64,000 nt of DNA, from NCBI RefSeq assembly GCF_009834535.1, contig NC_045697.1:91140001-91204000 (forward strand), given 5' to 3'. The position numbers and the translations under genes are program-made. Each line of letters opens with the position of its first letter. Positions within the stretch are counted from its first letter, which is position 1. Under the pieces are notes generated by a model. It was not told where the DNA came from. It worked only from the letters and a program-made list of their open reading frames with translations, and searched no databases. Shown here piece by piece: positions 35,060 to 48,529 of this stretch. The stretch comes from Camelus ferus. Lineage: Eukaryota.

Positions 35060-35940
35060 TTTTACTCTTTTAAAGCTATAAATAGTTCAAACATACAGAA
35101 AAAAATGGATGATAATTCAAAAACACTGAAGTACCCAATATTATTTTTTTTAAATGTTAACATTTTGCCATATTTACTTCAGGTTTTAAAAATGTTAGAA
35201 TTATAAAGACCTTTTTATTTCTCTTCCATTCCATTTCTTTCCCTCCCTGACCACTATCTCAAGTCAGCTATATACTGTTCGCTTCCACATTTTACTATGT
35301 ATATATAGTTCAGTGGAATTTAAATATTTATATCAGTAGGCTCATACTCTAGGTATCCTTCTGCAATTTCTTATTCAACATTGTATCTTTTAAGACATAT
35401 CCACATTGACACGTGTGGGGCAAATTCCTTAATTTTGACAGATTGAATCTACCACAGTTTACTTATCTGATAATCAGTCATAAAATGCAATGTGATTCAT
35501 ATTGTTTTTAGTTATTCACTATTGTAAACTATGGTTCATTAATCTTTCTTGTAAATACATTCTTAAGGTTATAGTTGATGTTTGTACCCAGCTATGAAGT
35601 TGGTGGGTCAGATACCGACTGTACTTTCCATCAACTTCATGTGGTATGGCCAAATTTGTAACAGTTTGCACTCCTGGACCTCGTACATACTAAACATGTG
35701 CTCTACCACTGAGCTGTACCCCCTCACTCCCTGCCACCAGTGCTTTTTAATCCTTGTCAACCTTGTGACATGAAGCAGTATCTCATCATAGTTTTTATTT
35801 CCCAGATTTTTGGGGAGTTAAGCATATTTTCAGATTTTTATTGGCCATTTGGTTTTCTTCAAATCCTTTGTCCCTTTTTTTTTTTCCCTCTTAGGTTGGT
35901 TGTCTTTTTTAAAAAAAATTGATTTGGAAGAATTCCTTAT
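35060..35940 (-). mobile_element. Older L1M 3' region (continues at about 38950-39780)
   Basis: L1M 3'UTR motifs (aatctttcttgtaaatacattc, atctcatcatagtttttatttccc, tattggccatttgg). Interrupted by a SINE fragment, a MITE and a younger L1. Confidence 0.6.
35676..35724 (-). mobile_element. 3'-truncated Vic-type SINE fragment
   Basis: Reverse complement agggggtacagctcagtggtagagcacatgtttagtatgtacgaggtcc has the A box but no B box or tail. Confidence 0.75.
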
Positions 35941-35941
35941 A

Positions 35942-36020
35942 TTTGGTTGAGTCATATGAAATTGCCATTTTTGTAGGTCAAAAGTTATTGAATATTGGCA
36001 ATTTCATGTATATAAGACAA
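35942..36020. mobile_element. About 80-bp mariner-type MITE (resembles MADE2 as I recall it)
   Basis: Inverted arms atgaaattgcca / tggcaatttcat around tttttgtaggtcaaaagttattgaata. Outer arms are decayed. Confidence 0.6.
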
Positions 36021-36029
36021 ATATTTCTT

Positions 36030-38939
36030 TATATATTTCAATGTTTATTGAAGTATAGTCAGTTTACAATGTTGTGTTAATTTCTGGTGTACAGCATAGT
36101 GATTCAGTTATACATATATATATATTCCTTTTCATTATAGGCTATTGTAAGGTATTGAATATGGTTCCCTGTGTTATACAGTAGGACCTTACTGTTTATC
36201 TGTTTTATATATAGTAGTTAGTATTTGCAAATCCCAAACTCCCAATTTATCCCTCCACCCCCATTTCCCTCCTGGTGACCATAAGTTTATTTTCTATGTC
36301 TGTGAGTCTGTTTCTGTTTTGTAAACAAGTTAATTTGCATCATTTTTTAGATTCCACATGTAAGTGATGTCATATGGTATTTTTCTTTCTCTTTCTGGCT
36401 TGGTTGANNNNNNNNNNNNNNNNNNNNNNNNNNNNNNNNNNNNNNNNNNNNNNNNNNNNNNNNNNNNNNNNNNNNNNNNNNNNNNNNNNNNNNNNNNNNN
36501 NNNNNNNNNNNNNNNNNNNNNNNNNNNNNNNNNNNNNNNNNNNNNNNNNNNNNNNNNNNNNNNNNNNNNNNNNNNNNNNTGCTATGAACATTGGGTTGCA
36601 TGCATCTTTTTGAATTANNNNNNNNNNNNNNNNNNNNNNNNNNNNNNNNNNNNNNNNNNNNNNNNNNNNNNNNNNNNNNNNNNNNNNNNNNNNNNNNNNN
36701 NNNNNNNNNNNNNNNNNNNNNNNNNNNNNNNNNNNNNNNNNNNNNNNNNNNNNNNNNNNNNNNNNNNNNNNNNTCTCCAGCATTTATCATTTGTGAACTC
36801 CTTAATAATGGCCATTCTGACAGATATAAGGTGATACCTCATTGTAGTTTTGATTTGCATTTCTCCAGTAGTTAATGATATTGAGCATTTTTTCTTGTGC
36901 TTATCGGCCATTTATATGTCTTCACTGGAGAAATGTTTGTTTAGGTCTTCTGCACATTTTTTGCTTGAGTTGTTTATTTTTTTGTTTTTCAGTTGTATGA
37001 GCTATTTGTATATTCTGGAAATTAAACTTNNNNNNNNNNNNNNNNNNNNNNNNNNNNNNNNNNNNNNNNNNNNNNNNNNNNNNNNNNNNNNNNNNNNNNN
37101 NNNNNNNNNNNNNNNNNNNNNNNNNNNNNNNNNNNNNNNNNNNNNNNNNNNNNNNNNNNNNNNNNNNNNNNNNNNAGACTGCCTTAGGAGAACATTGCTA
37201 AGATTTATGTTGGAGAATGTTTTGCCTATGGTTTCTTCTAGGAGGTTTATAGTGTCTTGTTTTATGTTTAAGTCTTTAAGCCATTTTGAGTTTATTTTTG
37301 TGTACGTGTGAGGGAGTGTTTTAACTTAATTGATTTACATGTGGCTGTCCAACTTTCCCAAGACAACTTGCTGAAGAGACTGTCTTTTCTTGCCTTCTTT
37401 GTCAAAGATTAATTGACTGTAGGTGTATGGGTTTATTTCTCATCTCTTTATTCTGTTCCTTTGATTCGTATATTTGTTTTTGTGCCAATGCCATACTGTT
37501 TTGATTACTGTAGCTCTGTAGTATTGTCTGAAGTCTGAGAGGGTTATTCTTCCAGCTTTGTTCTTTTTCTTCAGTATTGCTTTGATGATTCTGGGTCTTC
37601 TGTGATTCCATGTAAATTTTAGGATTATTTGTTCTAGTTCTGTAAAAAAATGTTCTGGGTAATTTGATAGAGATTGCATTAAATCTGTAGATTGCTTTGG
37701 GTAGTATGGCCATTTTAACAATATTAATTCTTCCAATCCAAGAGCATGGGATAGCTTTCCATTTCTTTAAGTCATCTTTAATTTCCTTAATCAGTGTTTT
37801 ATAGTTTCTCATCATATAAGTCTTTCACCTCCTTGGTCGTTTATTCCTAAGAATTTAATTTTTTTGATGTGATTTTTTTTGATGTGATTTTAAAAGTGAT
37901 CTTCAAATTTTTTTACTTTCCTTTTCTGATATTTCGTTGTTAGTGTAAAGAAATGCAACAGATTTCTGTATGTTAATCTTGTATCTTGCTACCTTGCTGA
38001 ATTTGTTTATCAGCTCTGGTGGTTTTTGTGTGGAGCCTTTAGAGTTTTCTATATATAGCAGCACATCATCTGCATATAGAGACAATTTTACCTCTTTTCT
38101 TCCAATTTGGATCCTTTTTATTTCTTTTTCTTGTCTGATTGCTTTTTCTTGCCTGATTGGATAGGACTTCCAATACTGTGTTGAATAGAAGTGGTGAGAG
38201 TGAGCGTCATTGTCTTGTTCCTCATTTTAGCAGGAAGGCTTTCAACTTTTCATCATTGAGTATTATGTTGGCTGTGGGTTTGTCATAAATAGCTTTTATT
38301 ATGTCAAGATATGTTCCCTCTATACTCATTTTGGTAAGTTTTTATCATGAATGGATGTTAAATTTTATCAAATGCTTTTTCTTATCTATTGAGATGATCA
38401 AGTGTTTTTTTTCCTCTTTTTTTGTTGATGTAGGGTATCTCATTGATTGATTTGCATATGTTGAAACATCCTTGTGTCTCTGGGGTGAATCCNNNNNNNN
38501 NNNNNNNNNNNNNNNNNNNNNNNNNNNNNNNNNNNNNNNNNNNNNNNNNNNNNNNNNNNNNNNNNNNNNNNNNNNNNNNNNNNNNNNNNNNNNNNNNNNN
38601 NNNNNNNNNNNNNNNNNNNNNNCTGGTGTTGGTCTCAGGGTGATGATGACTTCATAGAATGAGTTTGGGAATGTTCTCTCCTCTTCAGTCTCTTGGAAAG
38701 TTTGAGAAGGATTGGTATAAGTTCCTCTTTGTATGTTTGGTAGAACTCCCCAGTGAAGCCATTTGGTCTTGGACTTTTGTTGGCAGGAAATTTTTTTCAT
38801 TACTGATTCTATTTCACTTCTAGTGATTGGTCTATTCAAATTGTCTAGTTCTTCTTGATTCTTTTGGTTGGACTGTATGTTTCTAGAAATTTGTTCATTT
38901 CTTCTAGGTTGTCCAATTTGTTGCCATATAGTTATTCAT
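36030..38939 (-). mobile_element. 5'-truncated L1 (2.9 kb; ORF2 RT/C-terminal region plus 3'UTR) with 10-bp TSD
   Basis: ORF2 fragments include [12 protein letters not shown] (RT motif), [30 protein letters not shown] and NRPITRSEIESV. TSD AATATTTCTT at 36020-36029 and 38940-38949, an endonuclease-type TC/AAGA site on the element strand. Frameshifted. Confidence 0.92.
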
Positions 38940-41900
38940 AATATTTCTTGATATTAATCTTTTGCTCATTATATGAGTATCAGCTATCTTCTGCCAATTT
39001 ATGACTTTTCTTTTAAATGTGTTTAGGACATCCTTTGGCATGTAGAAGTATACATTATTATAGCCAATTTATCAACATTTTCCTTTACGTTTCATGTTTA
39101 TTATTTAAGGAATCTTTCCCTACTCCAATGCCATGAAGAGTTTGCTCATATTTCTGTGGTGTTAATTTACCAGAAGCAGGATTTTTTGGTTAAAGAATAT
39201 ATGTGTGTATTTAAATTTTACTTAAATTTTCAACACCTATGTGTTAGGCAGTTTTTTTGTGAAGGGATACTCTATCTAGTGAGTGAGAAGAAATATATCA
39301 TTGTTTTTAAACTTTGTATTTCCCCAACAAGTGAAACAAAAACATTTTTATGGGTTTAAGCACCATTTGGATTTGCTCACCTGTGAATTTCCTATTCATA
39401 TTATTTGCTCTTATGTCTGTTGCATTGTTTATCTTTTTCTTATTAATTTGTAGGAGTTATTTGCATTTGACTGATATTAACCCTTTACCTGACATATCCA
39501 TTCCAGGTTTTCCCTAATCAAGTATTCATATTTTAACTTTATTTAAGTATGTATTTTTTAACAAAAATTTTAGTATTTTTATATTTCATTATATCCATCT
39601 TTTCTTGTATGACTTCTGAATTTCTTGCTTTGATATAAACTATATAAAAGCCTCTCTGCTCCCTAGCTTATAAATATAGTCTCCTAAAATTTCTGCTGAG
39701 ATTTTGCTTGCTTATTTTTAAGTATTTAATCTCTCTTGAATAAATTTTTTATATTTAGTGTGAGGTAGGTGTGCAAACAGAAAGAAATAATTTTTCTATC
39801 ACTGGGTATCCTGATATGTAAATAAAATCATACCATATCACATCACATATATATTAACACGTTTGATTTGCTCCACAGCTCAAAGCTAAAAGAGTCATCA
39901 CATGCCTTTATTTTTCCAATTCCATTTCAATGAGACTCAGCCCACTCCATCATGGTTTTGGAGAAGTGTATTCTCAGTCATTTTCCAGGGAGCCCCCTTT
40001 ACCCATTTGGGATCATGAAAGAATTCTAGGCCCTAGTGGTCAAAGATAAATGGGGACCAAGTCCTTGAGTATCAGTCAGTTGGGTTTCTCTCTGAGAACT
40101 TGGCCTTCCTGCCCATGTAATACATTTGTGGATGGGTAACATCTCTGCCAATGTCTAGTTCTCCATGCCCATGCTTTGACCCTGATATCTTTACTGAGAC
40201 CCCCACTCGGGATGCTGAGTTCCTGGCCTGCCTAGACACACACATCCATTGCTACTGGAGTTCCTATCAGCTCCCGAAACCTATCAGCTTAGGAATGTTC
40301 ATCCCCATCCCACTGTCTTCTGGAAGCCAGTGCTCCCTTTTCCCTCTCCCAAAGGTTGGGTCCCTCTGCCTTCTTATTCTCCAAGTACACAGCCTTGATC
40401 TGAGCTTAAATTCTCATCTTTGGGCTTGAAAAACAAAAGATATGTTACCAGTGGGGTAGTGAGGGGTGAAGGTACAAGGGAGTTGTGGTGAAGAATCTAG
40501 ACTTTGTGGTCAAAGGCCTGCGTATCTATTCTCTGGGTTAGAAATTCACTCTTTAGATAGTCAGTAGCTCATCTCCCGTCCACTGAGAATGAATAGTATG
40601 CTTTTTCTCAAATGGCAAAAGCTTAATAATGTGGTTCATCTTTCCTATGCTGCTGCATTTAATTTTTGACAACTCACATATGATATCATATCACATTTTA
40701 TATATTTTAAACATATATTGGTGATATATATTTATATAATATATAAAAACGCATGTTATCTATTATAGTAAATCACATACATATTATATATAAAGATCTG
40801 GAAGGATTACATTAACTTTTGTGGCTAACTCCAAAGGTTGGGAATTACCAAAACTTTTTTTAAATTTCAATAACTGTTGAATCATTATCATTTTTTATCT
40901 CTGTAGTTAGAAAAATAAATATATTTAGGAAAATGTCACAAAATGTTAAAAGGATGTTGGTAGCAAGCAAAAACTTTCTAAACAAAACTTGCAAAAGCTT
41001 TTCAGATATTTACCCTTAAGAAGACCCTTTCCGGATACTTAGGGGAAGGGAGCTATGATGATCGGACAGTGACAAAGGAGCAATGTCTTACATATTCTGA
41101 AAAGCTGTTAGGTATAATGAAAAGATCCCTAAATTAGCAGTCAAGCCATTTGGGTTTTCATTCACAGTTGTGTGATTTTGATAAGTCTCTTAAACTCTGG
41201 GTTCCTAATTCTTTCCTGAAACTAAACAATCTCCAAAGTCTCTTTCGGCTCTAGAATTTTATAATATGTATGATTTAGAGTTTCTTAGTTGGTAGCTATG
41301 ACTCCAGTTGTGACTATTATAGTGTCACAGGCCATAAAATAACCAAACTAACCTCCTTGAGAGGGTAGATGCATCTGCCTGCCATTCCTTCAGCCCTTCC
41401 TGATTTGCAGTGCTCACTGAACCGGAAGCTTACAAGAGCTTTTGCCTGGAAAATGCCTCACTGACTGGAGAGCTGGGATTTTGTTCCCAGTATGGTCCAC
41501 TTAAACAGACTGCCACCAGATCCAACAGCTGGTCTGGCTCCTTCCAGGCAGCCCGCCGGGGATACGCTTGCTGGGCACTGGGATCTCCACAAACATTCTC
41601 GCCTCTGCTCACTTTTTCTCCTTAGGCCTCCAGGGCCTGAGCAGCTGTGCAACTCATGTCCTGGTCACTAGGAGAAGCTGCCTCCACTCTGTAGGGATGG
41701 CTTGGTGACACTGCTCTCCAAAGCTAATTGCATTTCTGTAATAGATTTGTTTTCAGTCTCTCTCTACCTTTTAAAAGTCTCACTTGACACTGCCCTGGGC
41801 AGCACAAGCGGTTTTAGTATCCTTGCCCTACTTAACTGAGTAGTTCTTCTCAACAAGGTAGAAGAAAGATCTATTTCCACCTTTCCAACACCAAGCCCAA

Positions 41901-44366
41901 CCCCTCTTTATAGCTGGGGCTTCTTGAATGTAGCATCTTGGAGAACTGGACTGAGGACTGAGGATGACAAAAGATTATTCTCTTTTTCCATATGAGAATC
42001 AGTGTTCTTTTATTCCTAAAGATGAAGTTATACAGTTATGTTGGGTGGTTTAGCCTAGAAATCATGGGATTTCAGGGTTAAGTAGGTCTCATTGTCACAT
42101 TATCTGACTAAATTTCTATATACTCTATTCATTCGTATTAAGAATATATGAATATTCTTCATTCATATGAATATGAATATATAACCTGCCCCAGTTCCTG
42201 CTGACCAATCTAGATGTATACTATAGAAGTATGTAGTCTTTTATTAATCCATAATCAACAAGTATTTATAGTACATCTGTGCCCAATTTCATAGTGGATG
42301 ACAAGATAGAATGTAGTATAATTCTGGAGTGGCTATTAAAGTTAGAAATGCCTACAACTTAAGTGATTAAAAAAAATCCATCTTATTTAAACCCAGAAGC
42401 GTGTTAAGCATAAAGAAATGAAACTTCTTATTTCTCCTGTGCTTTTGGTTTGGGTGTATTTGTGGGTATATACTGTGATGTTGAATATCCAAGCAAACTG
42501 TTGTGTGTTTTGAGCCTACTGTTGTGAAAGCCATAGACATGGGGAACAAAGAGTATGGGGAGACAAGGTCCTCATGCATTTAAGTTATGAAAACTCAATG
42601 TGTATTTTGCTCAATATGTAGAGACAGCCGTTTTAATTGTGCTGGTGATTACTTCTGACATTTCACTTACTGAGGGTATGTTTGAGGGACTGTGCCTTCG
42701 GAGACATGTGTATCTGACTTACAATGTACAGACCATTTATGTAAATAGAAATGTGACTTTGTTTTTTTCTATAACCGAACACAACTTGGCTCCCAATTCC
42801 TCCTTTCTGATAGGCAATGTAAACATATTATTATTTCAAAATAACTCAGTCACTTCTCATTGAACACTTGATCTCTTTGGGCACACATTTGGGCCGTGGC
42901 AGGATTCTTCCCCTCACCACCCTTCTGCTCTTCTGCTCAGGAGAAGCTCAAGTTATAGGTCTTATCCAAATGTTCTCTTGTCTTTGCTGACCTCAGTTGA
43001 GATGTGACTTCTCCTCCCTAGTTATTGGGCATTGTGACAGCATCCCACTGCTGATGGTTATCAATCCAAGCTCCATGTTCACACTCTACACATTGCCCTT
43101 GACCCAACCCAGGCCTTTTCTGATCCAGTGGCCCCTTTCTTAGGGGGGGACTCAGGAACCCTCAGCTGCTTTTTGCCCTTATGTAGGGGAGTACAAGGGC
43201 TGAGGAGCAGGAGGTAGGCTGCTTTTACACTGTTCCCCATAGACAGTTTGGTGCAATGGATGCCTGTGACTCAGTGGTTGCGAGCTGCATTGCCATTAGA
43301 ATTATTAGAAGCAAATATAAAATCGGTTACCATTTCAGAATAGTCTACACACTGATCTGCTGTTCTCTCAATCCATCCCTGTGTATCAGATGCTAATGCA
43401 ATTCTAGTATTTTAAAGATACATTTTTATTAAGTATTGCCCCTAAATGAAAGTCAGCCATTCACTTCTAGCACTTAACCAAAGCCAGAGGAAATGTTGGC
43501 TGAGTTAGATTTACTCAGACATGGCATGTGCTGTTTTCCAGCATGGTACCCTCCTAAAGGGAATTTCAAAGCTACTTTTGCTTATTCACAATTTCCCCCT
43601 CATATTCTAATTCTATAAATGTTTTATAACATTTTGAACATGTGACTTCACAGAATTTTCCCTGCTCTGTGATTAATGACTTGATTGCTGAAACAGGATT
43701 CAGTGTCTAAAAGAGAACTAATGACTAGAGAGTTCTTACAGCGTTGCCACAGGCAGAATTTCTCTGCTGGAGTTCAGAGAAGCCCATCTAAGAAGCCCAA
43801 AGCAGTGTGGTCTATACCTTCCATGCAGGAGGGCAGAGGCCTGCTTGTTTTGTCCTCCTCTGAATCCCTAGCATGTGGCACTGTACTTAGCACATATTGG
43901 GAGCTCACTATATTTGTTGAATAAATGAATTAACAAACCTCTAAACAGCAGTTTTTTTATCAGTGGAACATAGAATGTGCTGGTAATTGAAACAAAATAG
44001 ATCAGTTTGAGCAAAATTAGTGAGCTTCCTAGGGAGCTGGTCCTTCGACAGTCTGCATGTCAGAGATGCTGACTTTTAGACTGCCCTGATTACAAAAAAA
44101 AGGGGGAAATAATATATTTGATACATACCCTGGATTAGACTGCCTACTTCAAGTTTGCAAGCAAGGCAAACTCCCATGGCACCTGGCCTTTTGATTTTAC
44201 ATTAAGGAATTACATTTACTTCATGCAGAATATTTTGTGGTTCCCTTTAGAATGCTCGTTGGAATTTCAGCCAACTCAACCCACAGAAACATAGCACCTC
44301 ATTCCTGTCACCCCTCAACTCCTTACCCTGCTTTATTTACTGTGTAATACTTTCACCTTGGTATAT

Positions 44367-44370
<4 letters not shown>

Positions 44371-44411
<41 letters not shown>
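44371..44411. repeat. (TG)20 microsatellite
   Basis: Read directly. Confidence 0.95.
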
Positions 44412-44413
<2 letters not shown>

Positions 44414-45084
44414 AAAGACACACTTTGGGACTTTTTTTGTTTGTTAATTGTCTTTTTACCCATTAGAATGTCAGTGACCCAGAGGCAGGGACTTGTAAGA
44501 TGAGGCAGCACTCGGAATCGTACCCGGCAAATGGAAGATGATAAGTCTTTGTGAAATGAATTAGTGCTGTGCTGCTCCAGTTGTCAGCAGAACACATCTG
44601 AGAATTCCATCAGAGTGGTCTTGTTTGGCGTTTCCTCTCTGGAGACTCCATAACGATCAGTTCATGCTCCTTTGATAGACGTAACTCACTCAGCCTATGT
44701 ATCATCTTACCTCTGTCCCTCTGCTAATTGCAAACTTGAAAGCAGAGATTGGTTCTTACCCACCTTTGCATCAATGCTGCTTCTCATACATGCACTTCCT
44801 TCTCCTGTTAGGCCCTATAAAGAGTTTGCTGTATTTCCTGGGTATACAGACTCTCTCCAATGAATCTTCATACATGCTTCAGACAGAGCTTTGTCTTGTA
44901 ATCCTTCTGTGACCCTAAAAGCACCATACACAGAGAACTGTTCTGAAAAGCATTATGACTTGCTGGACTGATCTCAGTGCACACACTGAGACATTACATG
45001 CCATCCAAGGCCCAGTGCATTGCAGTGACTTCAGATACACAGAAGACCAGCAGAGAAAGTTGACTGGTTTCTCTTCCTCTGCAG

Positions 45085-45200
45085 GACAACGCCTGAGGCG
45101 TCCTGAGGACTGTAGACCTCAGTGGGTTTGAACAAAACCACCAGAGTGCACAGCCATTCCACATTCATTTCTCGCACATCTCCGACACCTCCAACTGCTG
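45085..45200 (+). other. Probable 116-nt non-coding (5'UTR or lncRNA) internal exon
   Basis: Strong acceptor tttctcttcctctgcag|G and consensus donor CTG|gtgagt. All three frames have an early stop and there is no ATG. Non-repetitive sequence with several retained CpGs. Confidence 0.6.
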
Positions 45201-45239
45201 GTGAGTCCTTGCCATAATGCCGGGAACTGATTTAGTTCT

Positions 45240-45425
45240 TTGCATAAATTTTCTCAATTAATCCTTACTTGAGGCATGGACTAATATTATCTTCCTTTTA
45301 CACAAGTGGGAACTCAGGCACAGAGAGATTAAGCAACTTGCCCAAGGTCACACAGTGAGTAATTGATGGGGCTAGGGTTCAAACCTAAGCCAACTGCTCC
45401 AGAGCCTGCATGCTTAATCCTTTGC
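45240..45425 (-). mobile_element. MIR SINE
   Basis: ggaactcaggcacagagagattaagcaacttgcccaaggtcacacag...ggttcaaacctaag. Confidence 0.7.
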
Positions 45426-47529
45426 TATGCTGCTGCCATATTATCTGGTTAACACATCCAGTGACAAAGACTCTAGGAGCCAGGTTCGCTTCTTGTTTAA
45501 TGTCTAATCCATAAAGGTAATATATAATGCGATTAGACATTAAAAAAAAAATCACAGCCTGTAATTGAGTGCCTCTTTAGCTGCAAGGTGTAGGGAATAC
45601 AGGCTACAGTGCACCACCTAAATCCGACATTCTCACGGTCCAGACTTCCACAACAAGCCCAGGCTTATCGATGTTTGAAATCCGCTTTGCCGTTCTGCAT
45701 TTGTGATTTTATAATGACTTCCACATGCATTGGCATCCCATTAATGGGCCAGTATATGGAAACAGTTGTCTTATGAAGTGAGGGGACTTTTTTTCCTTTC
45801 TTTTTCTTTTCTATTAAAACCACAGGTGTATAGAATGAAAATGCTCAATCTAATGAGTGTAACCTGGGAAGTAATTTCATGGGCTGCAGTACTTTGATGG
45901 CAATAATTCTTGGATGTCAAAAGGATAAGGACACAGTTTTTTGCTTCTAATTTTATTCTTAGAAAATGATGGTATTGAGCCATCCATGGAGTGCCCCTGT
46001 AGATTAATTCCAGTTTTCCTTTTGTAGAGGAGATTTAAGGGAAGTCTTAATCTGCTTTATATTTAACTCTTATCTCCACATTATGAATTAAAAATAGAAA
46101 GCTGGACTCCAGTCTCACCTCTGCAGACTCTTTGAGGGCTGAAGTTACCCGGGGAAGGATGGGCTGAGAGCCGCTCCAGGTCTCTGTCTGGCTTAGCGCC
46201 CCTCCCGGACTTTCCCAGCAGCTAGCTGCTTCTTCATGATTTTCAGTCCAAGAACCTCCTGTTCACATGTCTAAGATGAGCAGCCCTTATTCCATGATGC
46301 TTAAAGGACACTCAGCATTTTTCCTCAGGTACTTTTCATTTGTCAAGAAACAATGAATTCTGAGTCCTTTAGGATTCTGCAATCTGAGAAATTTCCTGCT
46401 TCCTCTGGTTGTTTTCTCATAAATCCATGCTTAAGATGGGAAGAGAAGTAAAGAGCACTTTGCTCTGCTTTCTCTTCAGCCAGTAAAAATTGCTCTGGAG
46501 TTCTTCCCTCATTTCCTTTCTCCCTGCTTCCATTTCCCATCTCCACACCTTTCCGCAATTCTCTTCTCCTGTCCTTGTCCTGTCTCTCCCTTTGTCAGAC
46601 CATGTCTGAGACAGCAGGAAGGGCAGGAAGAGTTCGGGAGCTGGGGGAGGAGCTGGAATTGCACAGCTCCTTCTCACCTACTGCCCTGTCTCCTACCTGG
46701 AGCTTCAGAAATACAGTTGAGGGTCATTCATCCAAGAAGTAATCATCCAATCAGTCTAGATCAGAAAGGGTAAGACACCTGTATGGAAACCTCTACAGCT
46801 TTGAGTTCCCGGCACTTCCAGCCTGGTAAAGTTAGCATGTCTGGTGAACCGTGGCTGGTGCAGGCTCAGGGAGAAAACCAACCATGTAGGAAGCAAGCAG
46901 AGCATCTACGCTTGTCCTGTCCTCCCTTAATTTATAAACACTCTCCCTCACTTTCTTCCTCCACTGTCCCCCTAGTGGTAAGTTTCAATTCTAGAGTCTT
47001 AACCCAAAATACCAAAAGGAGGCCATTTTTCACTTTGTTAATTGTAAAAATTTCACATCTTCAGGGAAGAGGAGCCCTTTTTTCTCTGTTCCCTCCTCTT
47101 CACCACCACAATCCTAAGAGCAGCGGTGGTGACCACTTACTAAATGCCTGCTGTATGCCTGACTGGGGGTGTTGGATGTACATTCAAAGGAAAAAGAGCG
47201 CCTCAAATCGTGGGGCTATCTGCCCCTCCAGGACAGGACTTTCCAAGCTGTGGATTGTTGGGCAGTACATGAAATTGAGTTAGTTGTGGAGGCTGGCATT
47301 TTAAAAAATAAAGAAAATGGAATGGCATGGACCAGAACAAAGCAGAAAAATATCAGAGAATATTGCATATGGTAGGAGTAAGTATTATTTTGTGAACCTT
47401 TGGTTTTCTAGAGTGGAGAGTGTGATAGTGCTTTCTGGGGGACCCTCTCCGTCTCCTTGTCTCCCTTACAGCCAGCCAGGTGACAGGGCTCTGGCTGTAG
47501 TTGTACGTCCAGAGGGATCTATGCCACTT

Positions 47530-47780
47530 TCAGATATGGCACATAGAACTCTCCTACATAGGCTCCTCCACTCTCTTCCTTCCACATGCCTGCTGGATGA
47601 CACCAGGGCAACCCTGAAGCCACAAGATGTCAGAATCACAGTGTGGAAGCAGCCTGGGTCCCTGAGTCTCACTGGCAGGAGTGCCAGCCACCAGAGTCAC
47701 CTGACCAGGGACCTCAGCTTTTAGCTTTATGTGAATGAGAAATAAACTTCTATTATGTTAAGCCAGATTGTTTCACCTAC
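47530..47780 (+). mobile_element. Old MLT1 (I/J-like) LTR 3' part
   Basis: ggaagcagcctgggtccctgagtc...tgtgaatgagaaataaacttctattatgttaagcca. Confidence 0.65.
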
Positions 47781-47874
47781 CTTGTGCACGTGTATGTGTG
47801 TTTGTATGTATACATGTGGTTTATGTAATAACCTTTATTTCTGAATGTAGATTTTAGTGAAAAACATTTGAAAG

Positions 47875-48065
47875 CCCCTGCTCTCAGTGTTTCAAATGCA
47901 GTCCTAGATCAATTGCAGTTGAATCACTTTGGATGCTGATTAGAAATGACGATTTCTGGACCTTACTGAGCTCTGCTGTGTCAGGATCTTGGTGCTGGGG
48001 CCTGAAAATGTTTAACATGTTTAACAAACTCCACAGATAAACTCTCAAGTTTAAAGAGCACTTTG
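47875..48065. mobile_element. MER5-like hAT MITE
   Basis: gaatcactttggatgctgattagaaatgacgatttctggacc...ggggcctgaaaatgtttaac...aagtttaaagagcact. Confidence 0.6.
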
Positions 48066-48529
48066 GCCCTGGCACTGGTAGAAACATTTTCTTGGCAACC
48101 CTGGGGCTGGATAAATCCACCAAGCTTTATACCTATTTTCTTTGGTCATTGTCCAAAATATGAGTCTCTCCCTGTTCCCCACTCTATCTATACTCTGAAT
48201 AATCTTGTTACAATAATGCTCTGTACTGATTCACATAATCTTTTTCTCAGAACATTTCCCACTCCCCTTTTTCCTAAACACTTTAACTGTCCTCTAAAAA
48301 GCCTGCTGTGTAATTAACAAATGTCCCTATGCCTACAACCTCTTCCCTGGACATTTTCGTAATCTTCTGGCTCTCCTCTGAGTTATCTGTTCTGCTCCCC
48401 ATTCAAATGGGAGCTGTTCATTTTCCATATTATATGTACTATGTATTTTCAGGGTTGGAAAGTGGGGCAAGCCCCCTCCTCAGTACTCATGGCTACTTTC
48501 CAACTGTGACTGCCCCACCCTTTGGATAG

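Noticed and set aside
37402-38839. Protein-coding ORFs in the track
   Set aside because: They are frameshifted L1 ORF2 fragments.
46194-46209. Second CTCF site
   Set aside because: Only the 3' half (GGGGCGCTA on the minus strand) matches; the CCASYAG part does not.
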